Source of the DNA: an uncultured virus (IMG/VR IMGVR_UViG_3300009151_000002)
Lineage: Duplodnaviria; Heunggongvirae; Uroviricota; Caudoviricetes
Strand: one strand, 5' to 3'
IMG/VR virus record: IMGVR_UViG_3300009151_000002
Length of the DNA stretch: 64,000 bases
Shown here: piece by piece, positions 8,484 to 18,266 of the stretch
Numbering within the stretch: the stretch's first letter is position 1
Layout of the letters: each line of letters opens with the position of its first letter
Translations under genes and position numbers: made by a program
Notes under the pieces: model-generated
What the model was told of the DNA's origin: nothing
What the model saw: the letters and a program-made list of their open reading frames with translations, nothing else
Database searches by the model: none

Positions 8484-8564
8484 TAAAAATACGGGAGTGA
8501 ATAAGTAGCTCTAAGCCTTGCGGATTACAACAGGGTATAGCAGGTGGAATTCCTGCATTTTTAA
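8484..8564 (+). ncRNA. Degenerate tRNA-like element
   Basis: Acceptor-like TAAAAAT/ATTTTTA, T arm GCAGG-TGGAATT-CCTGC, and an anticodon-like arm CCTTG/CAGGG with a 10-nt loop. Confidence 0.35.
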
Positions 8565-8570
8565 AAAAAT

Positions 8571-9089
8571 ATGTATATGAAAGTAACAGTAATGTTTGTG
8601 ATAATTGCAGTATTTACAACTGGTTTAATAAGCTTAGGGAAAAGTGAAAATAAAAAAATTAAGGTTGTAAAGAAAGTGATTAAAGATACTACAGTAGTAG
8701 TAGCAGTAGATAGTTCTAAATTAGATAGAGAACTATTAGTAAGTTATATTCTAGAAAAGAATATACAACATCCTGAGATTGCCTATGCTATTGTACGGCA
8801 AGAAAGTAACATGTGCAGTGGGTTATTTAAATCAAATAAGAACTTATTTGGTATGAGACATCCTGGTGTAAGACCTACTAAAAGCTTAGGAAGTAAGAAA
8901 GGTTTTGCACATTTTGAGTCTTGGCAACATAGTGTACTTGATTACAAATTATACTTAGAATTTGTGCAAGGTCATAAAATGACAAGAGAGCAGTATTTAT
9001 CTCACTTAGATAGAAACTATGCACATCCAGGATACAGCACTTACATAAGTAAGTTTTTTGATGAATTTCACACAATTAAAAAGAATTAA
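8571..9089 (+). CDS. Glucosaminidase (GH73-like) peptidoglycan hydrolase with N-terminal signal/anchor
   Basis: Hydrophobic N-terminus; QES...NKNLFGMR...FAHFESWQHSVLDY...NYA. Confidence 0.75.
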   Translation: MYMKVTVMFVIIAVFTTGLISLGKSENKKIKVVKKVIKDTTVVVAVDSSKLDRELLVSYILEKNIQHPEIAYAIVRQESNMCSGLFKSNKNLFGMRHPGVRPTKSLGSKKGFAHFESWQHSVLDYKLYLEFVQGHKMTREQYLSHLDRNYAHPGYSTYISKFFDEFHTIKKN

Positions 9090-9090
9090 G

Positions 9091-9525
9091 ATGGAAGAAC
9101 ACTTTGTAAATTATAATCAAGCATTAGCTTTGAAGGAATTAGGTTTTAATGAACCTTGTTTTGCTTATTATGGACTTAATAATGTTGAAGATAAAATATT
9201 TTTTGATATTGACCCAGATGATGGTGAACTAACTTCATTAAATCAGAATCAATTTTATCATAATAATTTAAGTGAAATTGGTAGAATTTCAGCACCACTA
9301 AAATCACAAGTCTTCAAGTGGTTTAGAGATGAGCACAAATTGTGGGTTTCATTTGCTTATGATGAAGATGAATCTGAAGAACTATACTGGTATGTTGATA
9401 AAATTTTGAAATATGGTATAGGCCGTTTATTTTTTCATGATTTAATTGAATATAAAACCTATGAAGAAGCAGAATCATCTTGTATAGATAAACTTATTGA
9501 ACTAATTAAAGAAAAGAAATCATGA
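9091..9525 (+). CDS. Hypothetical phage protein
   Basis: ALALKELGFNEPC...SAPLKSQVFKWFR...TYEEAE, recognisable as a recurrent Bacteroidota phage family. Confidence 0.75.
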   Translation: MEEHFVNYNQALALKELGFNEPCFAYYGLNNVEDKIFFDIDPDDGELTSLNQNQFYHNNLSEIGRISAPLKSQVFKWFRDEHKLWVSFAYDEDESEELYWYVDKILKYGIGRLFFHDLIEYKTYEEAESSCIDKLIELIKEKKS

Positions 9526-10340
9526 AAAATATATTTATTATACCAACAGACCAACCAAGTAGGTTGCACTACTACCATTCTTTCACACCTCAATATGCAC
9601 TCTCTAAAGAATCATTAAATTGGAGAACATCAAGTCATATCTATATCACATCTTTGGAGGATATTAAAGAAGATGATTTTGTTTACAGTACAAAACAAGA
9701 TTACAACATTCAAAAAGTTTCTAAAGAGCTTGTACAAGTATATAGAGATTGTGGGCATTATAAAAAAATCATCCTAACAACAGACCCAACTCTAATTGAG
9801 GATGGTGTACAAGCTATTGATGATGAGTTCTTGGAATGGTTTGTAAAGAATCCTACTTGTGAGTTTGTTGAAGTTAACTATGAACTTGGAAATTGTCTTA
9901 ATTGTGAGTGGAATCATGATATGTGTCCAAATGCTGAAGAATGTTTAAAAAACAAGTACATGATAATCATACCACAAGAAGAACAAAAGCAACATCTTAT
10001 TAATATGATGCATGATGATGAAGAATTAGGATTATATGAAGAACCTAAACAAGAATCATTAGAAAAAGCTGCTGAAAGATTGCAGAAAGACAAATATGGT
10101 ATTTTTATTTCTAAAGATGCTGATGTAAAAGGTCAATTAGTAATTGATACAGCTAAAGCAGCATTTAAATCAGGAATGATTGAAGGTGCTAATTACCAAG
10201 CTGAAAGAATGTATAGTGAGGAAGAAGTAATAGAATTATTAACAGCAAGATGTAAACATTTTGGCACTACTATGACACCTTTTAGGGAATTACTTCTTAA
10301 ACAAGATCTTGAATGGTTCAATCAATTTAAAAAGAAATAG
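9522..10340 (+). CDS. Hypothetical modular phage protein
   Basis: KKIILTTD...DGVQAIDDEFLEWFVKNP...ERMYSEEEV. Confidence 0.8.
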   Translation: MKNIFIIPTDQPSRLHYYHSFTPQYALSKESLNWRTSSHIYITSLEDIKEDDFVYSTKQDYNIQKVSKELVQVYRDCGHYKKIILTTDPTLIEDGVQAIDDEFLEWFVKNPTCEFVEVNYELGNCLNCEWNHDMCPNAEECLKNKYMIIIPQEEQKQHLINMMHDDEELGLYEEPKQESLEKAAERLQKDKYGIFISKDADVKGQLVIDTAKAAFKSGMIEGANYQAERMYSEEEVIELLTARCKHFGTTMTPFRELLLKQDLEWFNQFKKK

Positions 10341-10341
10341 T

Positions 10342-10449
10342 ATGTGGAAAAAGATTAAAAGATTATTTTGTAAACATACATATGTACCAAGTGTAACTCC
10401 TGGGTATCACATATGTATAGATTGTTATAAACATAAAAAGTTAGTATGA
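10342..10449 (+). CDS. Small Zn-binding protein (35 aa)
   Basis: MWKKIKRLFCKH...CIDC; overlaps the next gene by ATGA. Confidence 0.55.
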   Translation: MWKKIKRLFCKHTYVPSVTPGYHICIDCYKHKKLV

Positions 10450-10655
10450 AAACAATTAAAAGATCAATAATTCCCGTATCTGAGATACCGGTAGAGTTAA
10501 GAACTAATCCTTTGATACATGGTTATAAAAAGCATACTTACATTGAGTGCCATATTGATGGTAAAGAAAGCACTGATGCTTTGACAAAATGGTTATTGGA
10601 AACATATCCAACTATTAAAAGAAAAATTAGTTTTTTAATTCATATTGATATTTAA
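10446..10655 (+). CDS. Hypothetical protein
   Basis: 69-aa ORF. Confidence 0.65.
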   Translation: MKTIKRSIIPVSEIPVELRTNPLIHGYKKHTYIECHIDGKESTDALTKWLLETYPTIKRKISFLIHIDI

Positions 10656-10657
10656 TT

Positions 10658-10993
10658 ATGAAAGAAAAAGATTTTTATCAAATAGATTATTGCAGGTATA
10701 CAACAAATAGTTTACTTGACGCACTTATGAAACTTGACAAAGATTCAGAATTGTATTTTTTGATAATGCTTATTCTTAGAAAAAGAAAGTATAATGAAGA
10801 GTATTTTAGTAATGAATCTAAAATGCAACTTGAAAAAGAAAGAAGTATACAACTTGAAACTAACCGTATTTGTTTTGGTTATAAAAATCAAGAATACTAT
10901 ACTGAAAATGAAATGATTATTGGTTATGTTATACCTAAATATGAAGAACTTAGTCCTGAAGAAAAAGAAATCTATGACAAAGAAGGAGAATAG
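10658..10993 (+). CDS. Hypothetical protein
   Basis: 111-aa ORF. Confidence 0.7.
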   Translation: MKEKDFYQIDYCRYTTNSLLDALMKLDKDSELYFLIMLILRKRKYNEEYFSNESKMQLEKERSIQLETNRICFGYKNQEYYTENEMIIGYVIPKYEELSPEEKEIYDKEGE

Positions 10994-11171
10994 AAAATCA
11001 GATTATGTCTGTGTGAATTGTGGAGTAAAATATCTCACAGAAGAACAGAAAGATAAAGCAATGATTTGCACATTTTATCTTGGAACATGTGGATTATGTA
11101 ATGAGCATGCTGCTATTACCCACATTAGAAATTATAATTATTTAAATAAAAAAGAAACACATGGTAAGTAA
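10974..11171 (+). CDS. Small Zn-ribbon protein
   Basis: CVNC...CGLC; the ATG at 10974 is the likelier start. Confidence 0.6.
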   Translation: MTKKENRKSDYVCVNCGVKYLTEEQKDKAMICTFYLGTCGLCNEHAAITHIRNYNYLNKKETHGK

Positions 11172-11340
11172 TATATCTGAAATTGATGTAGTAGTGGTAG
11201 CTAACAGCATCAAAAAAAGTTTAACAACTGAGCAAGTAAATCAAGTTCTTGCTATGTATGCCGATGAAGAAGAGTCTGATCCTTCAGCTACTTGGAATCT
11301 TATTGTAGAGAATTGTATTTATCAAGTATTACAGCCATGA
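11161..11340 (+). CDS. Small hypothetical protein (59 aa)
   Basis: MVSNISEIDVVVVANSIKK...; fills the gap. Confidence 0.6.
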   Translation: MVSNISEIDVVVVANSIKKSLTTEQVNQVLAMYADEEESDPSATWNLIVENCIYQVLQP

Positions 11341-11397
11341 AAAAGTTGTTCTATAGGATAGTTGAGGAGTTCCGGTTATTAGTAATATTAATTGTAT

Positions 11398-11832
11398 ATG
11401 GGAAACAGTGATATAAAGGCTGATGTTGCTAAGGAAGTATTGTATTTAGCAAAAGATCTTCTTAGATTACATGTTACTTTATCAAAAGATGTACAAAATG
11501 ATATATATCTTATATTATTTAAGCATCAAGTAAATATATTTTCTCCAAGGTATGATTTTCTCAATAAGAGAGAATGGTTATTTGTATACAAACTAGAACT
11601 TAATTTGTTAGAGTTTCTTGAAATAATTACTAAAGATGAAAACAATAGAATGTTTGAGATGCTACAAGCTGATGATGATAATATTTATATTGTTGTTTTA
11701 AGTTTAAAACAGTTTGGGAAATTAAGAGAAGACAAACTTGAATCACCTTGGTATGTAGATCATGTTAAAGATAACTATCTTAAAATTGCAACACCGGAGT
11801 TAATGATGTTTAAAATGAAAAACAAATTATGA
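11398..11832 (+). CDS. Hypothetical protein
   Basis: About 144 aa; contains MFEMLQADDDNIY. Confidence 0.7.
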   Translation: MGNSDIKADVAKEVLYLAKDLLRLHVTLSKDVQNDIYLILFKHQVNIFSPRYDFLNKREWLFVYKLELNLLEFLEIITKDENNRMFEMLQADDDNIYIVVLSLKQFGKLREDKLESPWYVDHVKDNYLKIATPELMMFKMKNKL

Positions 11833-12089
11833 AAGAGCAAGATTTAATTGATGCTGGGTTTACCAGAAGAGATGTTTCCAAAGAAGAAAGTGGTAATGAT
11901 AAAGACTTTTACTACTATGTTCTTGATGTAGTAGATGGTATCACATTAGTTTCTGATTCAACTGAAGAAATTGATGATGATAATTGGACTGTAGATTGCT
12001 TTGAAGTAGATAAGATACTTATTAAAGATGTTGAAAGTTTAACTAATTTTCTTGAAACACTAAAAATATGTACACAGGCAAACTTGTAA
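11829..12089 (+). CDS. Hypothetical protein
   Basis: 86-aa acidic ORF with an ATGA overlap. Confidence 0.75.
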   Translation: MKEQDLIDAGFTRRDVSKEESGNDKDFYYYVLDVVDGITLVSDSTEEIDDDNWTVDCFEVDKILIKDVESLTNFLETLKICTQANL

Positions 12090-12442
12090 AAAAAGAAGGT
12101 AAGCTTACTTATTCCAATCCAAAGGATAAGCTGGCATATGAACTGTTCCTACAGAAGATACCTGAAGGACAGGAAGTAGAAATGTATATTGATCTAGCTA
12201 ATGCAGATCACAGTAGAGCACAAATTAATAAAGTGCATGCATGTATTAGAGAGTTAGCCAAAGAATCCGGCTATACTTTTGAAGAAATGAAAAAGATTGT
12301 CAAAAAAAGATCTGGTCTTTGCTACACAGACTCAGAAGGTGAGTTTTGCAAATCATTTGCAGAGTGTACCAAAGACCAGCTTATGCTAACTATTCAAGCT
12401 TGTATTGAAATAGGAGTAGAATTGAATGTTAACCTTCAGTAG
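12068..12442 (+). CDS. NinB/Orf-like hypothetical protein
   Basis: SRAQINKVHACIRELAKESGYTFEEMK...SFAECTKDQL resembles NinB family motifs. Confidence 0.55.
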   Translation: MYTGKLVKKEGKLTYSNPKDKLAYELFLQKIPEGQEVEMYIDLANADHSRAQINKVHACIRELAKESGYTFEEMKKIVKKRSGLCYTDSEGEFCKSFAECTKDQLMLTIQACIEIGVELNVNLQ

Positions 12443-12740
12443 GAGCTTCAAATCCTTCATCTCCTGGTTGTAATACTTCTTTCTCTTGAAATTGTTTCTG
12501 AACTACTGCTTGAGCTTCAATTTCAGCAACTAATAAAGTTACAGTTTGCATAGCTTTTTGATCATCATCAAGTTCAACATATGTTTTAACACCTATTTCT
12601 TTAAGATATTCTTCAGATTTTTTATCTTGAATCATTTTATTCAAAAGAATATAGGCTAAGTTTTTAACCATTATGTAATAACCTTTACTTACAGGTACTT
12701 GAACAATGGCATCATCTTTCATTTCTTTAACTTTAATCAT
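12429..12740 (-). CDS. Hypothetical protein (lone minus-strand gene)
   Basis: 103-aa ORF with protein-like composition filling a gap in the + strand block. Confidence 0.75.
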   Translation of the reverse strand: MIKVKEMKDDAIVQVPVSKGYYIMVKNLAYILLNKMIQDKKSEEYLKEIGVKTYVELDDDQKAMQTVTLLVAEIEAQAVVQKQFQEKEVLQPGDEGFEAPTEG

Positions 12741-12772
12741 GTTAGCTTAGTTTAAATTACAATTGTAAAATT

Positions 12773-13486
12773 ATGAAAGAAAAACTAGAATTAGATAAAA
12801 TTGTAGACAAATTATATGAAGATTTAATTCCTTCTGGATGGGCCAGAGTATTAAGAACTTTTATATATAGTTCTGATTTTAAAAATATAATCCAGTCACT
12901 TGCTAATGAAAGTTTATTAGATAGAAGATTTACACCTCCTTTAAGAGATGTATTCAGAGCATTTAAAGAAAGTCCTTATGATGATCTTAAAGTTGTAATA
13001 GTAGGTCAGGATCCATATCCAACAATTAATGTTGCTGATGGTATTGCTTTTAGTTGTAGTAAAACAATGAAGTTGCAACCAAGTTTAAAGTTTATGTTAG
13101 ATGAGGTAAACAGAACTGTTTATAAAGGAGATTGTGTTAGCAATAATCCCGATTTAACCAGATGGTCTAATCAAGGTATACTTATGCTTAATACAGCTCT
13201 TACAACTGAAATAGGTAAAATTGGTAAGCATTATGATATATGGAAGCCATTGTTAAATTATCTTTTTGATTATCTATCAAATTATAATAATGGATTGGTG
13301 TATATTTACATGGGAAAACAAGCAAGTACTTGGGCAGATAGTGTTAATGACAATTGTTATAAATTATTCTGTCCTCATCCTGCATCTGCTGTTTATAATA
13401 AATCTAATAAATGGGATTCAAAAGATGTATTTTTTACAACACAAAAAGTAGTGCTTGAAAATTATAAATACTTAATTCTTTGGTGA
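12773..13486 (+). CDS. ung: Uracil-DNA glycosylase, family 1
   Basis: VVIVGQDPY, ADGIAFS, QPSL, QGILMLNTALT and HPAS motifs. Confidence 0.93.
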   Translation: MKEKLELDKIVDKLYEDLIPSGWARVLRTFIYSSDFKNIIQSLANESLLDRRFTPPLRDVFRAFKESPYDDLKVVIVGQDPYPTINVADGIAFSCSKTMKLQPSLKFMLDEVNRTVYKGDCVSNNPDLTRWSNQGILMLNTALTTEIGKIGKHYDIWKPLLNYLFDYLSNYNNGLVYIYMGKQASTWADSVNDNCYKLFCPHPASAVYNKSNKWDSKDVFFTTQKVVLENYKYLILW

Positions 13487-14073
13487 TGGTGGAGATATTT
13501 AATAGACTGATTAAAGAAGACTTAATGCCTAATACATATTACATGTTGCATTGTCTAAAAGAAAAAGTTATACCAAACAAATTTGTGAATAAAGACTTGG
13601 AAATCAGTAGACTAAAAGCTGGTGATTGGGTTAATGATGATTTGGTATTAACTGCAAAAAGTCTTATATTTACAGAAGAAATTAATAGTTTCTTTAAAAA
13701 AACTAAAAAGAAAACTGTTAGCGCACTTATGGGAGAAGATTACATAACAATGATGTTAAACTACTTAGAAATATTTCCTAATAGAAAACTTAACTCTGGC
13801 AAACCTGCTAGAGTAAATGTTAAAAATCTAGAAGGAGCATTCAAGTGGTTTTTTGAAACTTATGATTATAGCTGGGAAACAATTTTAAATGCAACTGAAA
13901 AATATGTGTCTGAATATGAGCTTAAAAGATTTGAATACATGAGAAATTCACAATATTTTATCCGCAAACAAAACTTGGATAAATCCTTTGAGTCAGATCT
14001 GGCTACATATTGTGAACTAGTAGTATCTGGTGCAGATGAAGTTCCTACTTATTTTAGGGACAACATAGTGTGA
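13486..14073 (+). CDS. Putative replication initiator/helicase loader
   Basis: wHTH-like N-terminus; C-terminal FP...ILNATEKY...YMRNSQYFI; lies directly upstream of dnaB. Confidence 0.5.
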   Translation: MVEIFNRLIKEDLMPNTYYMLHCLKEKVIPNKFVNKDLEISRLKAGDWVNDDLVLTAKSLIFTEEINSFFKKTKKKTVSALMGEDYITMMLNYLEIFPNRKLNSGKPARVNVKNLEGAFKWFFETYDYSWETILNATEKYVSEYELKRFEYMRNSQYFIRKQNLDKSFESDLATYCELVVSGADEVPTYFRDNIV

Positions 14074-14093
14074 TCAATTTTTAAAATCCACAT

Positions 14094-15101
14094 ATGTCAA
14101 ATTTATTTAATGGTGCAAGACCTTTGCTACCTGTTAGTGAAAGGCAGTCCGTAGAAAAAGCACTCTATAAAATTAGAGCTAGGAGACAAGGTACATTAAA
14201 ATCCCTAAAGAGTGCCTGGCCTAAATTTAATGATGCATTCTGTGATGGTCTTGAATGGAGAACAATAACCGTAGTTGGTGCCAGACCTGGAACTGGTAAA
14301 ACTTTATTTATGGAGCAGTTGATTAGTGATATTATTGCTAACAACAGTGACCAATATTTTAGAGTTTTAAAGTTTCAGATGGAGATGGTAGATGAAACTA
14401 GCGGTGTAAGAAAACTAAGTCTGATTACAAGTGCTGATTACAACACATTAATGAGTAAAGATGGGAAACTTGTAGATAAGAGAATCTATGATGAATGTGT
14501 TAAGTATTACCAAAACATGCAAGCAATGGACAGGATTAATGTTGTCTATGATGCATGTACAGTAGATGAGATGTGTGCCACTATACACTATGAAATGGAT
14601 AAGTACAAAAATGAAGATGGTACTTTTAATAACATGCTAGTTGCTATAGATCACTCAGCTTTATTTAAAGTTGGTAAGGGACAGAAAGACAAATTTGAAA
14701 TGCTTGGAAGCTTAGGTGAGGCTCTCACAATGATGAAAAAGAAATATCCTATAGCATTTATTGTACTAAGTCAACTTAACAGAAACATAGATGATCCTAA
14801 AAGACAGGAAGAAGGTGTTTATGGAAATTATGTGTTAGATTCTGATATTTACGGGTCTGATGCTTTGCTACAACATGCTGATGTAGTTATGGGTATTAAT
14901 AAGCCTTCTGTAAGAAAAATTAGGTTGTATGGTCCTGAGAAATTTATTATTCAGGATGAAGATATCTTAGTGTTTCATTTCCTTAAATCAAGGAATGGTA
15001 CTACTAGAATAAGCTTCTTTAAACTTGATCGGACTACAATGAGGATTGTAGAAGTACCAACACCACCAACAGCAATTAAACCAAAAATTACAACAATATG
15101 A
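14094..15101 (+). CDS. dnaB: DnaB-like replicative helicase (C-terminal RecA domain only)
   Basis: GARPGTGKT, QMEM, IDH, LSQLNR, SDALLQHAD and KSRNG motifs. Confidence 0.93.
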   Translation: MSNLFNGARPLLPVSERQSVEKALYKIRARRQGTLKSLKSAWPKFNDAFCDGLEWRTITVVGARPGTGKTLFMEQLISDIIANNSDQYFRVLKFQMEMVDETSGVRKLSLITSADYNTLMSKDGKLVDKRIYDECVKYYQNMQAMDRINVVYDACTVDEMCATIHYEMDKYKNEDGTFNNMLVAIDHSALFKVGKGQKDKFEMLGSLGEALTMMKKKYPIAFIVLSQLNRNIDDPKRQEEGVYGNYVLDSDIYGSDALLQHADVVMGINKPSVRKIRLYGPEKFIIQDEDILVFHFLKSRNGTTRISFFKLDRTTMRIVEVPTPPTAIKPKITTI

Positions 15102-15790
15102 GCGTAACAACAGTAAGAAAAACAAGAGAGAAAGAATTCTATGTGAATCACATAGAAACTTTTAAGAAGATAGGAGAGTCTGATCCTGCATTCTTGATTA
15201 AAACAGCCTTTTTTCAAAAAGGTAAATATGGTAGACAAGTTCAATTTTTTGAGTCTGAATTAAATAAAGGTGAAGATTTGTACATTGAATTTTATGACAA
15301 TGTAACTGATCCATCTGGAGCAATTTTAGATGTTAAACCATTCTATGAAAACAGACAATTGTTTAGATATAGGTATAATCCTTTCTACTCAGAAGAGTAT
15401 GATAAGAAAAGTGGTACATCTTCTACAGGTGCTGACTATTCTTTATTCACAGTTCCTTTACAAGAATTGGTAGCTGTTAATTCTGATGGATCCACATTAA
15501 GTTTTGGTTTGTTTGAGAAAAGACTTACTGAACTTGAAGAGAAAAAGAAAGCTGGTGATTTTGATATAGACCTACCAAGACTTCAAAAGTCTTTAGTTGA
15601 TAACAATGATTTTCCTGATTTTACAGAAGAATTGAAACCAAAAACTAATAATTCTGTGTCAGAGATTAAATCTATTCCTAGCATTCCAGATGTAAATATT
15701 GCTGAAATGACAATACAAGATTTTGCAGCAATCATGTGGAAAAAACCTGTAAGTAACAAGCAATGGTTAAATGATTTAATTAGTAAGTAA
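15098..15790 (+). CDS. Hypothetical replication-module protein
   Basis: 230 aa, ending MTIQDFAAIMWKKPVSNKQWLNDLI. Confidence 0.8.
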   Translation: MSVTTVRKTREKEFYVNHIETFKKIGESDPAFLIKTAFFQKGKYGRQVQFFESELNKGEDLYIEFYDNVTDPSGAILDVKPFYENRQLFRYRYNPFYSEEYDKKSGTSSTGADYSLFTVPLQELVAVNSDGSTLSFGLFEKRLTELEEKKKAGDFDIDLPRLQKSLVDNNDFPDFTEELKPKTNNSVSEIKSIPSIPDVNIAEMTIQDFAAIMWKKPVSNKQWLNDLISK

Positions 15791-16512
15791 TGAGTATAGT
15801 ACTTCCAACTACAAAGGTAAAGGCTCAGAGAGCTAATCCTAAAAGATTGGTTATTTATTCAAAACCAAAAACAGGTAAAACTACTTGTTATGCTGGTCTT
15901 GAGAATAATTTAATCTTAGATTTAGAACATGGTGCAGATTTTATTGAAGCATTAAAAATTCCTATTACTAGTTTACAAGAGTTATTGGATACAGGTAAAG
16001 CTATTAGAGAAGCTAATAAGCCTTATACCTATATCACTATAGATACTGTAACTGCATTGGAAGAAATGATTCATCCACTTGCAATAAAAATTTACCGTCA
16101 AACACCGATGGGAAAGAATTATGATGGAGATAATATAACAACTTTACCAAATGGTGCAGGTTATTTGTATATTCGCCAAGCTTTTTTCCAAGTATTGGAT
16201 TTTGTAGATACATTAGCTGACTATGTAATCTTATCTGGTCACATCAAAGACAAGCAAGTTGATGATAAAGGTGAGATGGTTATGTCTGCTAATATAGATT
16301 TGACAGGTAAAATAAAATCTTTAGTTTGTGCTAATGCTGACGCGATCGGCTACATGTACCGTAAGGGTCCTAAAACTATGTTGAGTTTTAAGACAAATGA
16401 TGAAGTAACTTGTGGTGCTAGACCGGATCACTTGAGAAACAAAGAAATAGTAATTGCTGATTCTACTGATGGAACATTAAAAGTTTCTTGGGATGAAGTA
16501 TATGTAAAATAA
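15790..16512 (+). CDS. AAA_24/Sak4-like ATPase (ssDNA annealing)
   Basis: YSKPKTGKTT, LDLEHG, ITIDTVT, GAGY and ADAIGY motifs. Confidence 0.85.
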   Translation: MSIVLPTTKVKAQRANPKRLVIYSKPKTGKTTCYAGLENNLILDLEHGADFIEALKIPITSLQELLDTGKAIREANKPYTYITIDTVTALEEMIHPLAIKIYRQTPMGKNYDGDNITTLPNGAGYLYIRQAFFQVLDFVDTLADYVILSGHIKDKQVDDKGEMVMSANIDLTGKIKSLVCANADAIGYMYRKGPKTMLSFKTNDEVTCGARPDHLRNKEIVIADSTDGTLKVSWDEVYVK

Positions 16513-16547
16513 AAAAGTAAGTTTAATAATTAAAAAAGAAAAAAAAG

Positions 16548-17228
16548 ATGGCTTTAAGTACAACTGATTTAGGAAAAGGCACAGGGGTGCCAAAAACAAT
16601 TACACCAGGTAATCAAATTTTAAAAATTAACTCTATTCACTTAGAAGATTTTTCATTTATTGAAGGTGCATATCACTTAATATTGAATGTAGAAACTCCA
16701 GCTATTGATGATTTTGAAGGGTTTTTGATTGACAAAGATGATGAAAGTAAAGGTCATTATGCAGGTCAAATTGGTAGATTAAAAGCTAGTCAATATGCAT
16801 TTGCTGATGGTGAAACAAAATCTGGTATTAAGATTCAAAGAGATAGATCAATTATGATTTTCTTAAAGAACTTAGCACACACATATGGTGTTGATGAGTG
16901 GTTTATTGCTCAAGATAATAAATATGATACTATTGAAGAGTTTGTTAAAAACTTTAGTGCAAATGCTCCAATTAAAGATACATATCTTAACTGGTGTGTA
17001 GCTGGTAAAGAATATATGGGTAAAACTGGTTATACTAACTATGATTTGTATTTACCAAAAGGTGAAGGTAACAAATACTCTTACGGTACTTCTGAAAGTG
17101 GTAAAGTTGTTGAGTATAATGAGACTAAACACCTTAAAAAGCTTGAAGTAACTGAGAAAAAAGAATTTGGTGAAGATGCTGATTTAGCTATACCAAGTAA
17201 GAATGCTGCTGACTTCAGCTTAGATTAA
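16548..17228 (+). CDS. Putative single-stranded DNA-binding protein
   Basis: Follows the Sak4-like gene; beta-rich with an acidic-aromatic tail (ADFSLD). Confidence 0.55.
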   Translation: MALSTTDLGKGTGVPKTITPGNQILKINSIHLEDFSFIEGAYHLILNVETPAIDDFEGFLIDKDDESKGHYAGQIGRLKASQYAFADGETKSGIKIQRDRSIMIFLKNLAHTYGVDEWFIAQDNKYDTIEEFVKNFSANAPIKDTYLNWCVAGKEYMGKTGYTNYDLYLPKGEGNKYSYGTSESGKVVEYNETKHLKKLEVTEKKEFGEDADLAIPSKNAADFSLD

Positions 17229-17246
17229 AAGTAATTAACTTTTGAG

Positions 17247-17273
17247 AAAGGGAGTCTCAGTGCTCCCTTTTTT
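17247..17273 (+). terminator. Intrinsic terminator
   Basis: AAAGGGAG...CTCCCTTT followed by a T tract. Confidence 0.75.
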
Positions 17274-17291
17274 ATTCTAAAATAAATTGTT

Positions 17292-18266
17292 ATGATTTCT
17301 ACTAAAGCAATTATATATGATTTGAATCAGGTTCCTACAGAATGGGTATTTGAATTTTATCTTAATCTTCCAGAAAAACTTATTGGACAAGATGTTAAAA
17401 TTAAATCAGTATTTTCTGCAGAGAAGACACCTTCCTTTTGTATATATTCAGATAAAATGGGTAAGTATAGGTTTAAGGATTTCTCTACTGGTAAATCTGG
17501 TGATACAATTGATTTTGTGTTACACTATTATAATCTAGAATCTAGAGGTATTGCTGTAAGAAAGATAATGGATGACTATTCAGAATACATTTCTAGGCAT
17601 GATATTACTCCCAGAGAGTATGTGGCCGAAAGCAGATATGAAGTTTCTGATTATGAAATAAGACACTGGAATAATCTTGATCAGGATTTCTGGATGAGCT
17701 ATAAAATAGGTTCTAAACTATTAAATGAGCATAATGTTCAACCACTGAAGTATTTTATACTTAGTAAAACAGATAATGATGGTGAGCTAAAAGAATTAAG
17801 ATTTGAGAATAATTATACTTATGGTTATTTTAGAAAAGATGGTACTTTGTATAAGATCTATCAACCTAAAAATAAAAAAAGTAAGTTTATTAAAGTCTCT
17901 GATTATATTCAAGGTTCTGAACAAGTTAATTTTGAGTCTAAGTATCTAATAATAACTAAATCTTTGAAAGATATCATGTCTTTCAAAACTCTTGGAATTG
18001 GAAATACTGAATCTATTGCTCCGGACAGTGAAAATACTGTTATTGCAGAAAATCTTATAAAAAAGTATACACATAAGTATGCTAAAATAATAGTGATTTT
18101 TGATAATGATGAGCCCGGTATTGAAGCAGCTAAAACTTACAAGAAAAGATATGGTTTTGATTATATAGTTCTTCCATTTGAAAAAGATATATCTGACACA
18201 GTAGAAGTAAGAGGTCTTGAAGAAACAAGAAACATAGTATTTCAATTAATTAAAACATTATTATGA
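17292..18266 (+). CDS. dnaG: DnaG-type DNA primase (TOPRIM)
   Basis: EKTPSF...FKDFSTG.SGD; LIITKSLKDIM; APDSE; FDNDEPG; KDISD. Confidence 0.88.
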   Translation: MISTKAIIYDLNQVPTEWVFEFYLNLPEKLIGQDVKIKSVFSAEKTPSFCIYSDKMGKYRFKDFSTGKSGDTIDFVLHYYNLESRGIAVRKIMDDYSEYISRHDITPREYVAESRYEVSDYEIRHWNNLDQDFWMSYKIGSKLLNEHNVQPLKYFILSKTDNDGELKELRFENNYTYGYFRKDGTLYKIYQPKNKKSKFIKVSDYIQGSEQVNFESKYLIITKSLKDIMSFKTLGIGNTESIAPDSENTVIAENLIKKYTHKYAKIIVIFDNDEPGIEAAKTYKKRYGFDYIVLPFEKDISDTVEVRGLEETRNIVFQLIKTLL

